Of a stretch of DNA of 64,000 nucleotides, positions 19,934-29,232 are shown one piece after another. A program made the position numbers and the translations under genes. The DNA comes from Bacteroidota bacterium (GTDB taxonomy: Bacteria; Bacteroidota; Bacteroidia; Bacteroidales; GCA-2711565), in assembly GCA_003353955.1 (NCBI GenBank), contig PIVJ01000004.1, positions 1,608 to 65,607 of the forward strand. Direction: 5' to 3'. Within the stretch, counting starts at the first letter, position 1, and every line of letters begins with the position of its first letter. The notes below the pieces were generated by a model. It was not told the origin of the DNA and did not search any database. It saw nothing but the letters and a program-made list of their open reading frames with translations.

Positions 19934-20626
19934 TTAATCTTTCAAATGCTCAATGCCTGTATGTCGAATATCTGTTCCTTCGGATGCATAAATCGATGCT
20001 TCGGCAATATTTGTTGCGTGATCGGATATGCGTTCAATATCTGTAACAATTCCTTTAATATTGATATAACTTTGCATTAAAATTTTTATTTTCCCATCTT
20101 GATCTTTTAATATTGATTTTTTAATAAACGAATAATTTAATTCATCAATTATTGAATCATTTTTAATGGCCCAAATGGCGTATTCTTTATCGTTATTGGT
20201 AAATGATAAAAGGGCTTTAGTTACCATATTTGAACTCAAGATAAGCATGTTTTCAATGAGTTTCGAATTTTTACTGAAGATTTTAGGATCTTTTATTTGA
20301 CTGATATTATTATAAATACTTATTACCATGTCACCAATTCGTTCTAAATTTAGCGACATTCGATAAATAGCAAATATTTGTCTTAAATCGCTGGCCATTG
20401 GTTGATATAATACAATGGTATTAATTATACGTTCACTAATTCTTACTTCATACTGATCAAGTTTATTTTCGGTTTCTTCAAGCTTCTTCCTATAACCACC
20501 TATTGTTTCGACTGAAAAATCACCCATTATATTTTCTAGCAAATTAAGCTGTTGAAGTACCAAATTTGAAAAGTTTTCAAATTCGACTCTTATTTTTTTT
20601 AATGCGTTATTTTTTTTTGATTTCAT
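19934..20626 (-). CDS. phoU: phosphate signalling complex protein PhoU
   Basis: Two PhoU repeats (LERIGDM, IERISDHATNIAE) downstream of pstB. Confidence 0.9.
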   Translation of the reverse strand: MKSKKNNALKKIRVEFENFSNLVLQQLNLLENIMGDFSVETIGGYRKKLEETENKLDQYEVRISERIINTIVLYQPMASDLRQIFAIYRMSLNLERIGDMVISIYNNISQIKDPKIFSKNSKLIENMLILSSNMVTKALLSFTNNDKEYAIWAIKNDSIIDELNYSFIKKSILKDQDGKIKILMQSYINIKGIVTDIERISDHATNIAEASIYASEGTDIRHTGIEHLKD

Positions 20627-20647
20627 CTGTCTATAATTTAATTTTTA

Positions 20648-21430
20648 TTACCCAAATTTTCCGGTTAAGTATTCTTCGGTTTTTTTATCCGTTGGGTTCG
20701 TGAACATTTCTTTTGTTTTTCCATATTCAACTAATTCTCCTAGGTACATAAACATGGATTGATTTGAGACACGTGCAGCTTGAGCCATATTATGGGTTAC
20801 CAAAACAATGGTATATTTCTTTTTAAGATTGAGTAGTAATTCTTCAACTTTAGCTGTTGCAATCGGATCAAGTGCGGAAGTGGGCTCATCTAGTAATATA
20901 ACACTGGGCTGGAATGCTAGCGCCCTGGCTATACATAAGCGTTGCTGTTGTCCTCCAGATAAAAAAGTACCTTTTTTTTGTAGGGAGTCCTTCACCTCAT
21001 TCCAAAGTGTTACGTCCCTAAGTGATTTTTCGACTATTTCATCCCGTTCACTTTTCTTTTGTTTCATGCCATTTAATTTGTAACCCGCTATTACATTATC
21101 ATAAATACTCATCGTTGGAAATGGATTGGGTCGTTGAAATACCATACCTACTTTTCGCCTCAAGTCGATGTTTGACATTTCAACAACATCTATCCCATTT
21201 AAAAAAACAGACCCTGTAGTTACAATATCGGGATATAAGTCGTGCATACGGTTTAGCGCTCTTAGCAAGGTGCTTTTTCCACATCCGGATGGGCCCATAA
21301 TTGCTGTAATTGAATTTTTTTTTATCTCAGCATTTATTTTTTTTATAGCTAATTTTTCTCCATCGTAAGAGACAGATAAATCCTTTAGGCTTAGAACGGG
21401 ATTTTTTATATTTAAATTTATAATACTCAT
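20648..21430 (-). CDS. pstB: phosphate ABC transporter ATP-binding protein
   Basis: Walker A GPSGCGKST, signature LSGGQQQRL, Walker B ILLDEPTSALD, and the PstB-typical FQRPNPFP. Confidence 0.95.
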   Translation of the reverse strand: MSIINLNIKNPVLSLKDLSVSYDGEKLAIKKINAEIKKNSITAIMGPSGCGKSTLLRALNRMHDLYPDIVTTGSVFLNGIDVVEMSNIDLRRKVGMVFQRPNPFPTMSIYDNVIAGYKLNGMKQKKSERDEIVEKSLRDVTLWNEVKDSLQKKGTFLSGGQQQRLCIARALAFQPSVILLDEPTSALDPIATAKVEELLLNLKKKYTIVLVTHNMAQAARVSNQSMFMYLGELVEYGKTKEMFTNPTDKKTEEYLTGKFG

Positions 21431-22332
21431 TAATTTGCTTTTCTTTTTGATGCGATGTGTTTAGATAATAAATTTAAAGTTAATATAAAGCCCAATAGGA
21501 ATAAAGAGGAACTCCAAATCAAATTTACCATATTCGGATCATTATAAAATTCCCAAATTAGTAAAGGAACAGCACTTGTGGGTTTGTCGAGATGATAATT
21601 TACCACCGAAGATCCCAGGGCTGTTAACATAAGTGGCGCTGTTTCGCCAATTACTCTTGAAATTGCTAATAAAACGCCTGATGAAAGACCGCTAAAGCCG
21701 GTTGGTATCATTACCTTAAAAATTACTTTGTGGTAAGGTACACCAAGGGCAATTGCAGCCTCTTTTAAACTAATTGGAATCATTTTTAAGGTTTCCTCCG
21801 TCGAGCGTAATATTAGAGGTAGCATCATAATAGAAAGCGAAATGCTTCCTGCTAAAGCTGAATAGCCGTTGGTCAAACCTTTAACAATCCAAATATAAGC
21901 GATTAAACCTAATACAATTGATGGAACACCTTGTAAGATATCAGCAATATCGCGTACGATATTAGCATAAATTTTATTTGGGTTTTCGTATAAATACAAA
22001 CCAATTAAAATTCCAATAGGAATGGCGATTAAGGCTGCCATAATAACCATAAATAATGTACCGGTAATTCCGTTTAAAATTCCGCCAGGGATAACTTCAC
22101 CGTTGCTTATGGCGGTCATTGCTACAAAAGTATCAGGTGCTGTTTCTGTAAAAAAACTTAGGTTGATTTGTTTAGCACCCTTAATTATTAATTTAGAAAT
22201 AATCAAAATAATTGGAGAAATAGTAACAACCGAAAAGAAAATTACGAGCGTTGTAAAAATATTATTTTTTACTTTCCGTGGATTTTTTTCTACACCTACC
22301 TTGTGATTCAGAGCCAGATTTAATTTCATCAT
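21430..22332 (-). CDS. pstA: phosphate ABC transporter permease PstA
   Basis: Polytopic permease with an EAA-like loop (SLKEAAIALG). 1-nt and 4-nt overlaps with pstB and pstC. Confidence 0.9.
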   Translation of the reverse strand: MMKLNLALNHKVGVEKNPRKVKNNIFTTLVIFFSVVTISPIILIISKLIIKGAKQINLSFFTETAPDTFVAMTAISNGEVIPGGILNGITGTLFMVIMAALIAIPIGILIGLYLYENPNKIYANIVRDIADILQGVPSIVLGLIAYIWIVKGLTNGYSALAGSISLSIMMLPLILRSTEETLKMIPISLKEAAIALGVPYHKVIFKVMIPTGFSGLSSGVLLAISRVIGETAPLMLTALGSSVVNYHLDKPTSAVPLLIWEFYNDPNMVNLIWSSSLFLLGFILTLNLLSKHIASKRKAN

Positions 22333-23186
22333 TTCGATAATTTTTTAATGATGAGTTTGCCAGCTCCGTTAATAATTCCTGTGATTACAAATAATAATAA
22401 TCCAATCGCAATTAATGCACTTAGTTTTAGACCGTCAGCTTCACCAAATTGATTGGCAATTACACTGGCCATTGTATTTCCGGTATCGAATAATCCATTG
22501 GGAATTTTATTGGTATTTCCAATTAGCATGGTAATAGCCATGGTTTCACCCAATGCTCTTCCAAAGGCGAGAATAAAACTGGCAACAATACCTGATCGGG
22601 CAGACGGTATAATTACATAAAGAACAACTTCAAATCTTGTGGCACCCAAAGAATAGGCGGCCTCTTTTAAATCATTCGGAGTCAATGCAATTATTTCGGC
22701 TGTAATTGATGTGGCGTAGGGAATAATCATAATTGCCAAAATTAAACCAGAGGTAAAAATCCCAAATCCCTGACTGCTTAAACCCAAATCAACAATAAAT
22801 GGTCGCAAAACATAAAACCCCCATAAGCCGTAAACAATTGAAGGGACACCTGCTAACAAATCAACCAGTGTACCAATAATTTTAGCCACCTTTTTGTCAT
22901 GGAAATACTCACCAATAAATAAAGATGTTGAAAAAGCAAGGGGCAAACAAATTACCAATGCCAACACAGAGGTAATTATTGTACCCGCGATAAAGGGCAA
23001 CGCCCCATATTCTTCTTTTCCTTCTGAGGGGTTCCAATCCGAAGAAAAGATAAAACTAATTCCAAATTCAGAAAATACAGGTATAGCACCCCCAACTAAA
23101 GAAAATATGATTCCGGCTGTTACAAATACGATGATAAGTGAAGCAGCGAATAAAAGCCTTTTGGTTATTTTTTCACTCGTCATCAT
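22329..23186 (-). CDS. pstC: phosphate ABC transporter permease PstC
   Basis: Polytopic permease with LKEAAYSLGATRFE. Sits between pstS and pstA. Confidence 0.9.
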   Translation of the reverse strand: MMTSEKITKRLLFAASLIIVFVTAGIIFSLVGGAIPVFSEFGISFIFSSDWNPSEGKEEYGALPFIAGTIITSVLALVICLPLAFSTSLFIGEYFHDKKVAKIIGTLVDLLAGVPSIVYGLWGFYVLRPFIVDLGLSSQGFGIFTSGLILAIMIIPYATSITAEIIALTPNDLKEAAYSLGATRFEVVLYVIIPSARSGIVASFILAFGRALGETMAITMLIGNTNKIPNGLFDTGNTMASVIANQFGEADGLKLSALIAIGLLLFVITGIINGAGKLIIKKLSK

Positions 23187-23211
23187 TCTTAAATAATATT
23201 AAAATCAATAT

Positions 23212-24267
23212 TTATTTAAGCAAGGGACTTCCTTTGTAATTAACAGACTTAAGAATTTGCTTAGCGTGTTCTACTGCTTTTTCAGGGAGTGGTGCATAAT
23301 GTACCTGTTGCGCAATTGCTTGTGCATCTTCCCCAACAATCCAATGTAAAAAGTTAAGTGTTTCTTGAGCCTGTTTTAGTGAGCGACCCTTGTAGGATTG
23401 CTCCTTGTAAAGAATTAACCAGGTAAACCCACTGATTGGATATGCATTTGGATCCGATGAATTAGATAGCATAACGCGTGTGTCAACTGGAATATCTCCC
23501 TGTGCCGAAGCACTGATACTTTTCAGATTAGGCTTAATAAAATTACCTGAACTATTTTGAACTAGAGCAAAGCTGATGTTTTTCGAAAATGCAAATTCAG
23601 AACCAATATAACCAATGGAACCCTTTGTTTGCTTAATGATTCCAGCAACACCGGGATTTCCCTTGGCTCCCATTCCAACCGGCCATTTTAATGATTTTCC
23701 ACGACCAATCATAGTTTCCCAATTTGTACTTATTTTACTCATGTAATCACTAAAGATATAAGTGGTTCCACTTCCATCAGAGCGATGAATAAAAGAAATT
23801 TCCATATCTGGAAAACTAACACCTGTATTTTCAGCTGCAATGGCCGGGTTATTCCAATTTGTTATTTTACCCATAAAAATAGACTCAAGTAAACTGTTAG
23901 ATAATTTCAGATTTTCCACGCCGGGTAAATTATATGCAATAACAACAGCACCAATACAGGTTGGAATATGTACAATTTCAGCGGGTAAAGATGCAGCTTT
24001 TTCATCTGATAAAAAGGCATCAGTTGCTCCAAAATCAACAACACGATCAGTTAAGCTTCTGATACCACCTCCGGATCCAATTCCGCCATAAGTTAAAAGA
24101 ATACCACTTTCAGCAGTATATTTTTTGAATACCAGGGTATAGAATGGTAATGGAAAGGTTGCTCCGGCAGCCGTAATACTTACTTTTTCTGAGCCATTTT
24201 GGCAAGATGTTATTGTAAGTGCGATAATGAATAATAATACTACTTTTTTCATTTTAATGTTTTTCAT
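23212..24267 (-). CDS. pstS: phosphate-binding lipoprotein PstS
   Basis: Lipobox (ITSC) plus AAGATFP, GIGSGGG and RSDGSGTT phosphate-binding motifs. Confidence 0.9.
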   Translation of the reverse strand: MKNIKMKKVVLLFIIALTITSCQNGSEKVSITAAGATFPLPFYTLVFKKYTAESGILLTYGGIGSGGGIRSLTDRVVDFGATDAFLSDEKAASLPAEIVHIPTCIGAVVIAYNLPGVENLKLSNSLLESIFMGKITNWNNPAIAAENTGVSFPDMEISFIHRSDGSGTTYIFSDYMSKISTNWETMIGRGKSLKWPVGMGAKGNPGVAGIIKQTKGSIGYIGSEFAFSKNISFALVQNSSGNFIKPNLKSISASAQGDIPVDTRVMLSNSSDPNAYPISGFTWLILYKEQSYKGRSLKQAQETLNFLHWIVGEDAQAIAQQVHYAPLPEKAVEHAKQILKSVNYKGSPLLK

Positions 24268-24298
24268 TTTTTTTTAATTTTATAACTATATTTATAAT

Positions 24299-24829
24299 TC
24301 AAGACTTATATAAAAAACCGATAACACTTTTTTTTGAATCATCTTGTGGATTCCACCCCTGATAATTGGGAGATGTTTTTACTCCATTAACAGGTAAAAA
24401 TTCGAAACCGATGATAAATTGACTTCCGTTTCTTGAAAGGCTCCAATCGTTACCGAATATTTCGTTAGAGCCTCGTTTATCTTCAGAATTCTTTACATTT
24501 AATAATTGATTGAATTCTGCCCCAAAACTCCATTCTTGATCAGGATCAACAACGACAGTTTTATAACCTTCACTATTGGGTATTGACAAATCCATATCAA
24601 ACGCCTCAGAAAAACCATAGGCTACAATCATCCCAAAATCCGCGCTTGAATTATATTTGTGCTGATCTTGAAAAGAATTGTGGAAATTTAAAAAAAAATT
24701 CATAAAAGGCTTTCCGAATGCTTTCTTACTAAATGTATTCCGTTCTTGCGAAAACACGATTGACGTTAAAGAAATAGTTACCAATAATGTGAGATTGATT
24801 TTTTTTATCGACTTTTTTATATGGTGCAA
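24299..24829 (-). CDS. small secreted, probably outer-membrane beta-rich protein; first gene of the pst operon (start codon uncertain)
   Basis: Signal-peptide-like N-terminus (KKINLTLLVTISLTSIVFSQ) and alternating aromatic/polar strands. The listed start is a TTG embedded in a promoter-like TATCTTTG. Confidence 0.5.
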   Translation of the reverse strand: MHHIKKSIKKINLTLLVTISLTSIVFSQERNTFSKKAFGKPFMNFFLNFHNSFQDQHKYNSSADFGMIVAYGFSEAFDMDLSIPNSEGYKTVVVDPDQEWSFGAEFNQLLNVKNSEDKRGSNEIFGNDWSLSRNGSQFIIGFEFLPVNGVKTSPNYQGWNPQDDSKKSVIGFLYKS

Positions 24830-24843
24830 AGATAAAGTTAATT

Positions 24844-24882
24844 TGTTACTAAAATATTAAGATGGTGTTAAGTAATTGTTAC
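24844..24882 (-). promoter_or_regulatory. candidate Pho box array: four hexamers at exact 11-bp phasing
   Basis: Plus strand reads TGTTAC(24844) TATTAA(24855) TGTTAA(24866) TGTTAC(24877). On the coding strand this is GTAACA/TTAACA/TTAATA/GTAACA, followed after 9 nt by TATCTTTG (24834-24827). Confidence 0.5.
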
Positions 24883-25021
24883 AAAAAAACAGAGGTATTA
24901 CAGAAGGTACAGATCTGAAAAAGGAATATATAAATCTAAACTCTATTTTGACCGAAAATTCAATTAGTAAGTGCAACGATTTAATTAAATAAAAATAGAA
25001 CTGAAAATGTCTTAACACCAA

Positions 25022-25597
25022 TTAAAATCTGGATTCAACAGCCTTCCAATCAACAATTTCCCAAAAATCCGTTACATAAGCCGGGCGGCGATTTTGCTTA
25101 TCCAAATAATAAGCATGCTCCCAAACATCACAGGTTAACAATGGGGTTAATCCCTCGGTTAAAGGATTACCTGCATTCGCCGTTTGGATTATTTGTAATT
25201 CGTTATTTTTATTCTTTACCAACCAAGCCCAACCTGATCCAAATAAAGTAGTAGCTGATGTAAGAAATTTCTCCTTGAATTCATCAAAAGATCCAAATAC
25301 CTTTTTAATCTCTTCTCCCAATTGTCCGCCAGGTTTGCCTCCTGCGTTTGGACTAAGGCAATTCCAATAAAAAGAATGATTCCAAACCTGAGCTGCATTA
25401 TTGAAAATACCGCCATCAGCTGATAGAATAATTTCTTCAAGGCTTGTATTTTCAAATTTTGTTCCTGCAATTAGTTTGTTCAGGTTGTTTACATAAGCTA
25501 AATGGTGCTTCCCATAATGAAATTCCAGTGTTTGTTCGGAAATATACGGTTCTAAAGCTTTGATATCAAAAGGTAATGATGGTAATTCGAATGACAT
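25022..25597 (-). CDS. sodB: Fe-type superoxide dismutase
   Basis: FHYGKHH, FNNAAQVWNHSFYW (Fe-type Gln position) and DVWEHAYY. Confidence 0.9.
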   Translation of the reverse strand: MSFELPSLPFDIKALEPYISEQTLEFHYGKHHLAYVNNLNKLIAGTKFENTSLEEIILSADGGIFNNAAQVWNHSFYWNCLSPNAGGKPGGQLGEEIKKVFGSFDEFKEKFLTSATTLFGSGWAWLVKNKNNELQIIQTANAGNPLTEGLTPLLTCDVWEHAYYLDKQNRRPAYVTDFWEIVDWKAVESRF

Positions 25598-25628
25598 GAT
25601 TTTATGTTTTAGGTTAAAAATATTGGTT

Positions 25629-27245
25629 TTAGATTGAAGACATAAACGATTTTGCCTTGATAAAAATCGGATCTATTTTATGAAAAACCGGATAAAAGGC
25701 CTCATTATCAAGTAGGTTTCGTCCAATATAAGCTTTCATTATTAATTTAAGCTTGACCTTTGAATTATTAACTTCGGAGATACTTCTTTCAACTCCATTT
25801 GATTTCGCAAATTCTACAAACTCACTAAATAGCTTATCCGTAAATTCAAATGATGTATTAAAAGCCTCAAAATTTTCTAATTCTCTCAATGATTCACGAT
25901 GATCATCAGTATAATTAAATGCAAATCTATACGCCAATCCTTTATTAACTATAATATTATAAAATTCCGGATTATCCAACTCGATTGGGACAAAAATATC
26001 TGGCATTATACCTCCACCGCCATAAACAATTTTACCCCCCGGAGTAACAAATTTTAATGAGTCAATAAATTTTATACTATCAGCGCTTTGTAATTCACCA
26101 TTGGCTATTCTGTGATAAAAATCCTGATAATAATCACTAAAATTTTCTCCATAAGGTTTCTGTATCGACCGTCCTGTTGGGGTATAATATCGGGCAATCG
26201 TCATTCTCATGGCTGAGCCATCAGGAAAAGGGAGTTGCTCCTGAACCAAACCCTTGCCATACGATCGTCTTCCGATAATTGTTGCCCTGTCATTATCTTG
26301 TACTGCTCCGGCTAATATTTCGCTGGCAGATGCTGATGCCTCATCAATTAAAATAACCAATTTCTCCGATTCAAATAATCCTCCGGATTTTGAATAAATA
26401 GATTTTTTAGGTCGGCTGTTGCCTTTGGTATAAACTATTAATTTATCCATACTTAAAAAATCATCTGCAATTTGGACTGACTGTTTAATAAATCCACCTG
26501 AATTTCCCCTTAAATCTAAAATTAAATTTGTTAAACCCTCTTCTTTCAGCCGTTTTAATGCCACATTAAATTCATCATAAGTAGTAGCCGAAAATGTGTT
26601 GAGCTTCATATAGCCCACCGTATCATTTACCATATAAGCGATATCTAAACTATAGGTTGGAATAATATTTCTTTCAATCACAAAATCTATTAATTCTGGA
26701 AATCTTTTTCTAAGAACTCCAACTTTAACCTTGGTTCCTTTTGGGCCTTTAAGCTTTCGTATTGCTCCACGATTCGTTATTTTCACTCCAGCCACAAGAC
26801 TATCATCAACCATAATAATTCGGTCACCTGCTAATATCCCTGATTTCTCAGATGGACCCCCTGAAATGGCATGTATAATCGCAATGGTATCTTCAATAAT
26901 ATTAAATTGTACTCCAATTCCTTCGAAAGATCCTAAAAGCGGATCATTAACAGCATTAAATTCTTCCTTACTCGTATATGAGGTGTGTGGGTCAAGTTCT
27001 TCAATTATTGCCTTTACAGCTTTACGGGTCAAGTGTTCCCGGCTAATTGAATCAACATAATCTTGCTCAATATAATTGAGGATATCGGAAAGCTTATCGT
27101 ATTTACTATGTGGGTTAAATGGCAACAAATTTTTATCGAGTGTGATACTCGGATTAATCTCTCTTCCGATATAAATCCCTGTAATTAATACTAAGGCAAA
27201 AAGAATAGGAAGATATGTTGTTATTTTCGTAAATATTTTATTCAT
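25629..27245 (-). CDS. ctp: S41A carboxy-terminal processing peptidase
   Basis: N-terminal anchor, PDZ (GILAGDRIIMVDD), and catalytic LDLRGNSGG / SASASE / YGKG motifs. Confidence 0.9.
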   Translation of the reverse strand: MNKIFTKITTYLPILFALVLITGIYIGREINPSITLDKNLLPFNPHSKYDKLSDILNYIEQDYVDSISREHLTRKAVKAIIEELDPHTSYTSKEEFNAVNDPLLGSFEGIGVQFNIIEDTIAIIHAISGGPSEKSGILAGDRIIMVDDSLVAGVKITNRGAIRKLKGPKGTKVKVGVLRKRFPELIDFVIERNIIPTYSLDIAYMVNDTVGYMKLNTFSATTYDEFNVALKRLKEEGLTNLILDLRGNSGGFIKQSVQIADDFLSMDKLIVYTKGNSRPKKSIYSKSGGLFESEKLVILIDEASASASEILAGAVQDNDRATIIGRRSYGKGLVQEQLPFPDGSAMRMTIARYYTPTGRSIQKPYGENFSDYYQDFYHRIANGELQSADSIKFIDSLKFVTPGGKIVYGGGGIMPDIFVPIELDNPEFYNIIVNKGLAYRFAFNYTDDHRESLRELENFEAFNTSFEFTDKLFSEFVEFAKSNGVERSISEVNNSKVKLKLIMKAYIGRNLLDNEAFYPVFHKIDPIFIKAKSFMSSI

Positions 27246-27316
27246 AAATTACGTTTTAATTAAGCCAAAAAAAGCGCTTAAACTGTATTTAAAACAGAAG
27301 TGCAATTTAAGTTATG

Positions 27317-27400
27317 TACCCGGGGCCGGGGTCGAACCGGCACGAGTGTTACCTCACTGGTGTTTGAGACCAACGCGTCTACCAATTCCGCCACCCGGGC
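27317..27400 (-). tRNA. tRNA-Leu (anticodon CAA), no encoded CCA
   Basis: Reverse complement is GCCCGGGTGGCGGAATTGGTAGACGCGTTGGTCTCAAACACCAGTGAGGTAACACTCGTGCCGGTTCGACCCCGGCCCCGGGTA. It folds with a 7-bp acceptor, anticodon loop CT-CAA-AC, a long variable arm and T-loop TTCGACC. Confidence 0.9.
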
Positions 27401-27479
27401 TTTTAAATAAAATCGGTGCATTTTCAATGCAGCAAAAATACTGAAAAAAGGGTTAGACCATAATAATCTCTTAGAATAT

Positions 27480-27510
27480 TTTGTGGATAAATAATTAAGT
27501 CATAATTTTG
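27480..27510 (+). promoter_or_regulatory. Bacteroidota-type promoter for prs (TTTG-N19-TAATTTTG)
   Basis: TTTG at 27480-27483 and TAATTTTG at 27503-27510 match the -33 TTTG / -7 TAnnTTTG consensus with 19-nt spacing, 44 nt upstream of the prs ATG. Confidence 0.55.
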
Positions 27511-27553
27511 CACCCTTAACTCAATGAACTAATTCATTCTCAAGGAAATTATC

Positions 27554-28477
27554 ATGAGTATTATTTTCTCTGGAAGAACATCAAAATATCTCGCACAAAA
27601 AATTGCGGATAGTTATGGTGTCGAACTTGGCAATTCCTCAATTACAGTTTTTGATGATGGTGAATTTCAGCCTTCTTATGAAGAGAATATCAGGGGACGT
27701 GATATTTTTATCGTGCAATCAACCCAATCTCCCACCGAAAACTTATTTGAGTTATTATTAATGGTTGATGCGGCAAGACGTGCTTCTGCAAATAATATCG
27801 TGGCTGTTATCCCATATTTTGGCTTTGCCCGCCAAGATCGCAAAGACCGGCCTCGGGTAGCAATTGGTTCAAAGTTAATTGCTAATTTATTGACAGCTGC
27901 TGGGGTTCAACGTATAATTACACTCGATTTACATGCAGATCAGATTCAGGGATTTTTTGATGTACCTGTTGATCATTTATATGCTTCATCAATTTTTATT
28001 GAGTATTTAAAAAAACTTAATTTACCCAATTTAACGATGGCTTCGCCCGATACAGGTGGTACCCGGAGGGCTGCTGCTTATGCCAAAAACTTTCAAACCG
28101 GTTTTGTAATTTGTTATAAACAAAGAGCAAAGCCAAATGAAATTGGGGAAATGGCTCTTATCGGAGAAGTAAAAGGTAAAGACATTGTGATTGTAGATGA
28201 TATTATTGACACTGCCGGAACCATTACAAGGGCCGCAGATTTAATGATGAAAAATGGAGCAGCCAGTGTAAGAGCATTTTGCACACATCCGGTATTTTCT
28301 GGTAAGGCTTATGACCGTTTGGTTAATTCTCCATTTACCGAAATTGTTGTTACAGATACAATCCCACTTAAAAAAGAACACGAAAAATTTACAGTACTTT
28401 CGACTGCTAATCTTTTCGCTGAAGTTATCAGGCGATTAGAGAAAAATCAATCGATAAGTTCTTTATTTCAATTTTAA
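27554..28477 (+). CDS. prs: ribose-phosphate pyrophosphokinase
   Basis: DLHADQIQGFF and the PRPP loop VIVDDIIDTAGT. Confidence 0.95.
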   Translation: MSIIFSGRTSKYLAQKIADSYGVELGNSSITVFDDGEFQPSYEENIRGRDIFIVQSTQSPTENLFELLLMVDAARRASANNIVAVIPYFGFARQDRKDRPRVAIGSKLIANLLTAAGVQRIITLDLHADQIQGFFDVPVDHLYASSIFIEYLKKLNLPNLTMASPDTGGTRRAAAYAKNFQTGFVICYKQRAKPNEIGEMALIGEVKGKDIVIVDDIIDTAGTITRAADLMMKNGAASVRAFCTHPVFSGKAYDRLVNSPFTEIVVTDTIPLKKEHEKFTVLSTANLFAEVIRRLEKNQSISSLFQF

Positions 28478-28497
28478 TAAACTAATAACAAACAATT

Positions 28498-29160
28498 ATG
28501 AAAACAGTATCATTGAGCGGTTCTTTTAGAGAGAGCGTAGGGAAAAAAGATGCTAAAAAACAAAGAAAGCAAGGGAAAGTTCCATGTGTATTATATGGTG
28601 GAGCAAAACAAATTCATTTCGTTGCTGAGGAAAAAAGTTTTAAGAACATCATTTTTACTCCCGATGTGCACATCATTGATTTAACGATTAATGATAAGAA
28701 TTTCACGGTAATTTTGCAGGATATTCAATACCATCCTGTAAATGACAACATCCTTCATGTTGATTTCTTAGAAATAATGCCAGGAAAACAAGTAACCATT
28801 GCTATTCCGATTATTCTTAAAGGCAATGCGATTGGCGTATTAAACGGCGGTAGATTGGTTAAAAAGATTCGCAAGATCAGAGTTAATGCCTTGATTGAAG
28901 ATTTACCAGATCAAATTGTTATTGATATTTCCAAACTCAAAATTGGTGATTCGATTCGAGTAAGTGATATGGATAACGATAAATTATCATTTCTTGATAA
29001 TGCAAGTTCTATGATTGTTGCCGTATTTACAGCACGTGCAGTAGAGGTTGAAGAAGAAGAGGAAGAGGGCGAAGAAGGTGAAGAAGGTGAAGAGAGCACT
29101 GAAGGTGCAGACGGAAAAGAAGGAACACCACCACCCGCTGAAGAACAAAAATCAAAATAA
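28498..29160 (+). CDS. rplY: 50S ribosomal protein L25 / general stress protein Ctc, with acidic C-terminal tail
   Basis: N-terminal L25 fold (RKQGKVPCVLYG), a Ctc-type second domain, then a tail EVEEEEEEGEEGEEGEESTEG. Confidence 0.9.
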   Translation: MKTVSLSGSFRESVGKKDAKKQRKQGKVPCVLYGGAKQIHFVAEEKSFKNIIFTPDVHIIDLTINDKNFTVILQDIQYHPVNDNILHVDFLEIMPGKQVTIAIPIILKGNAIGVLNGGRLVKKIRKIRVNALIEDLPDQIVIDISKLKIGDSIRVSDMDNDKLSFLDNASSMIVAVFTARAVEVEEEEEEGEEGEEGEESTEGADGKEGTPPPAEEQKSK

Positions 29161-29184
29161 TATATTTGACACCAAAGATTGATA

Positions 29185-29225
29185 AAGGGTATAAAGTTAT
29201 TCATAACTTTATACCCTTCTTTTTT
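29185..29225 (+). terminator. rho-independent terminator between rplY and pth
   Basis: Near-perfect 16-nt arms, AAGGGTATAAAGTTAT / ATAACTTTATACCCTT, followed by a T-run. Confidence 0.75.
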
Positions 29226-29232
29226 ATAATAA

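Noticed and set aside
27482-27490. Perfect DnaA box TGTGGATAA (TTATCCACA) upstream of prs
   Set aside because: It is a single isolated 9-mer. About one such match is expected by chance in 64 kb on two strands. There is no cluster, no dnaA/dnaN neighbourhood and no adjacent unwinding element.
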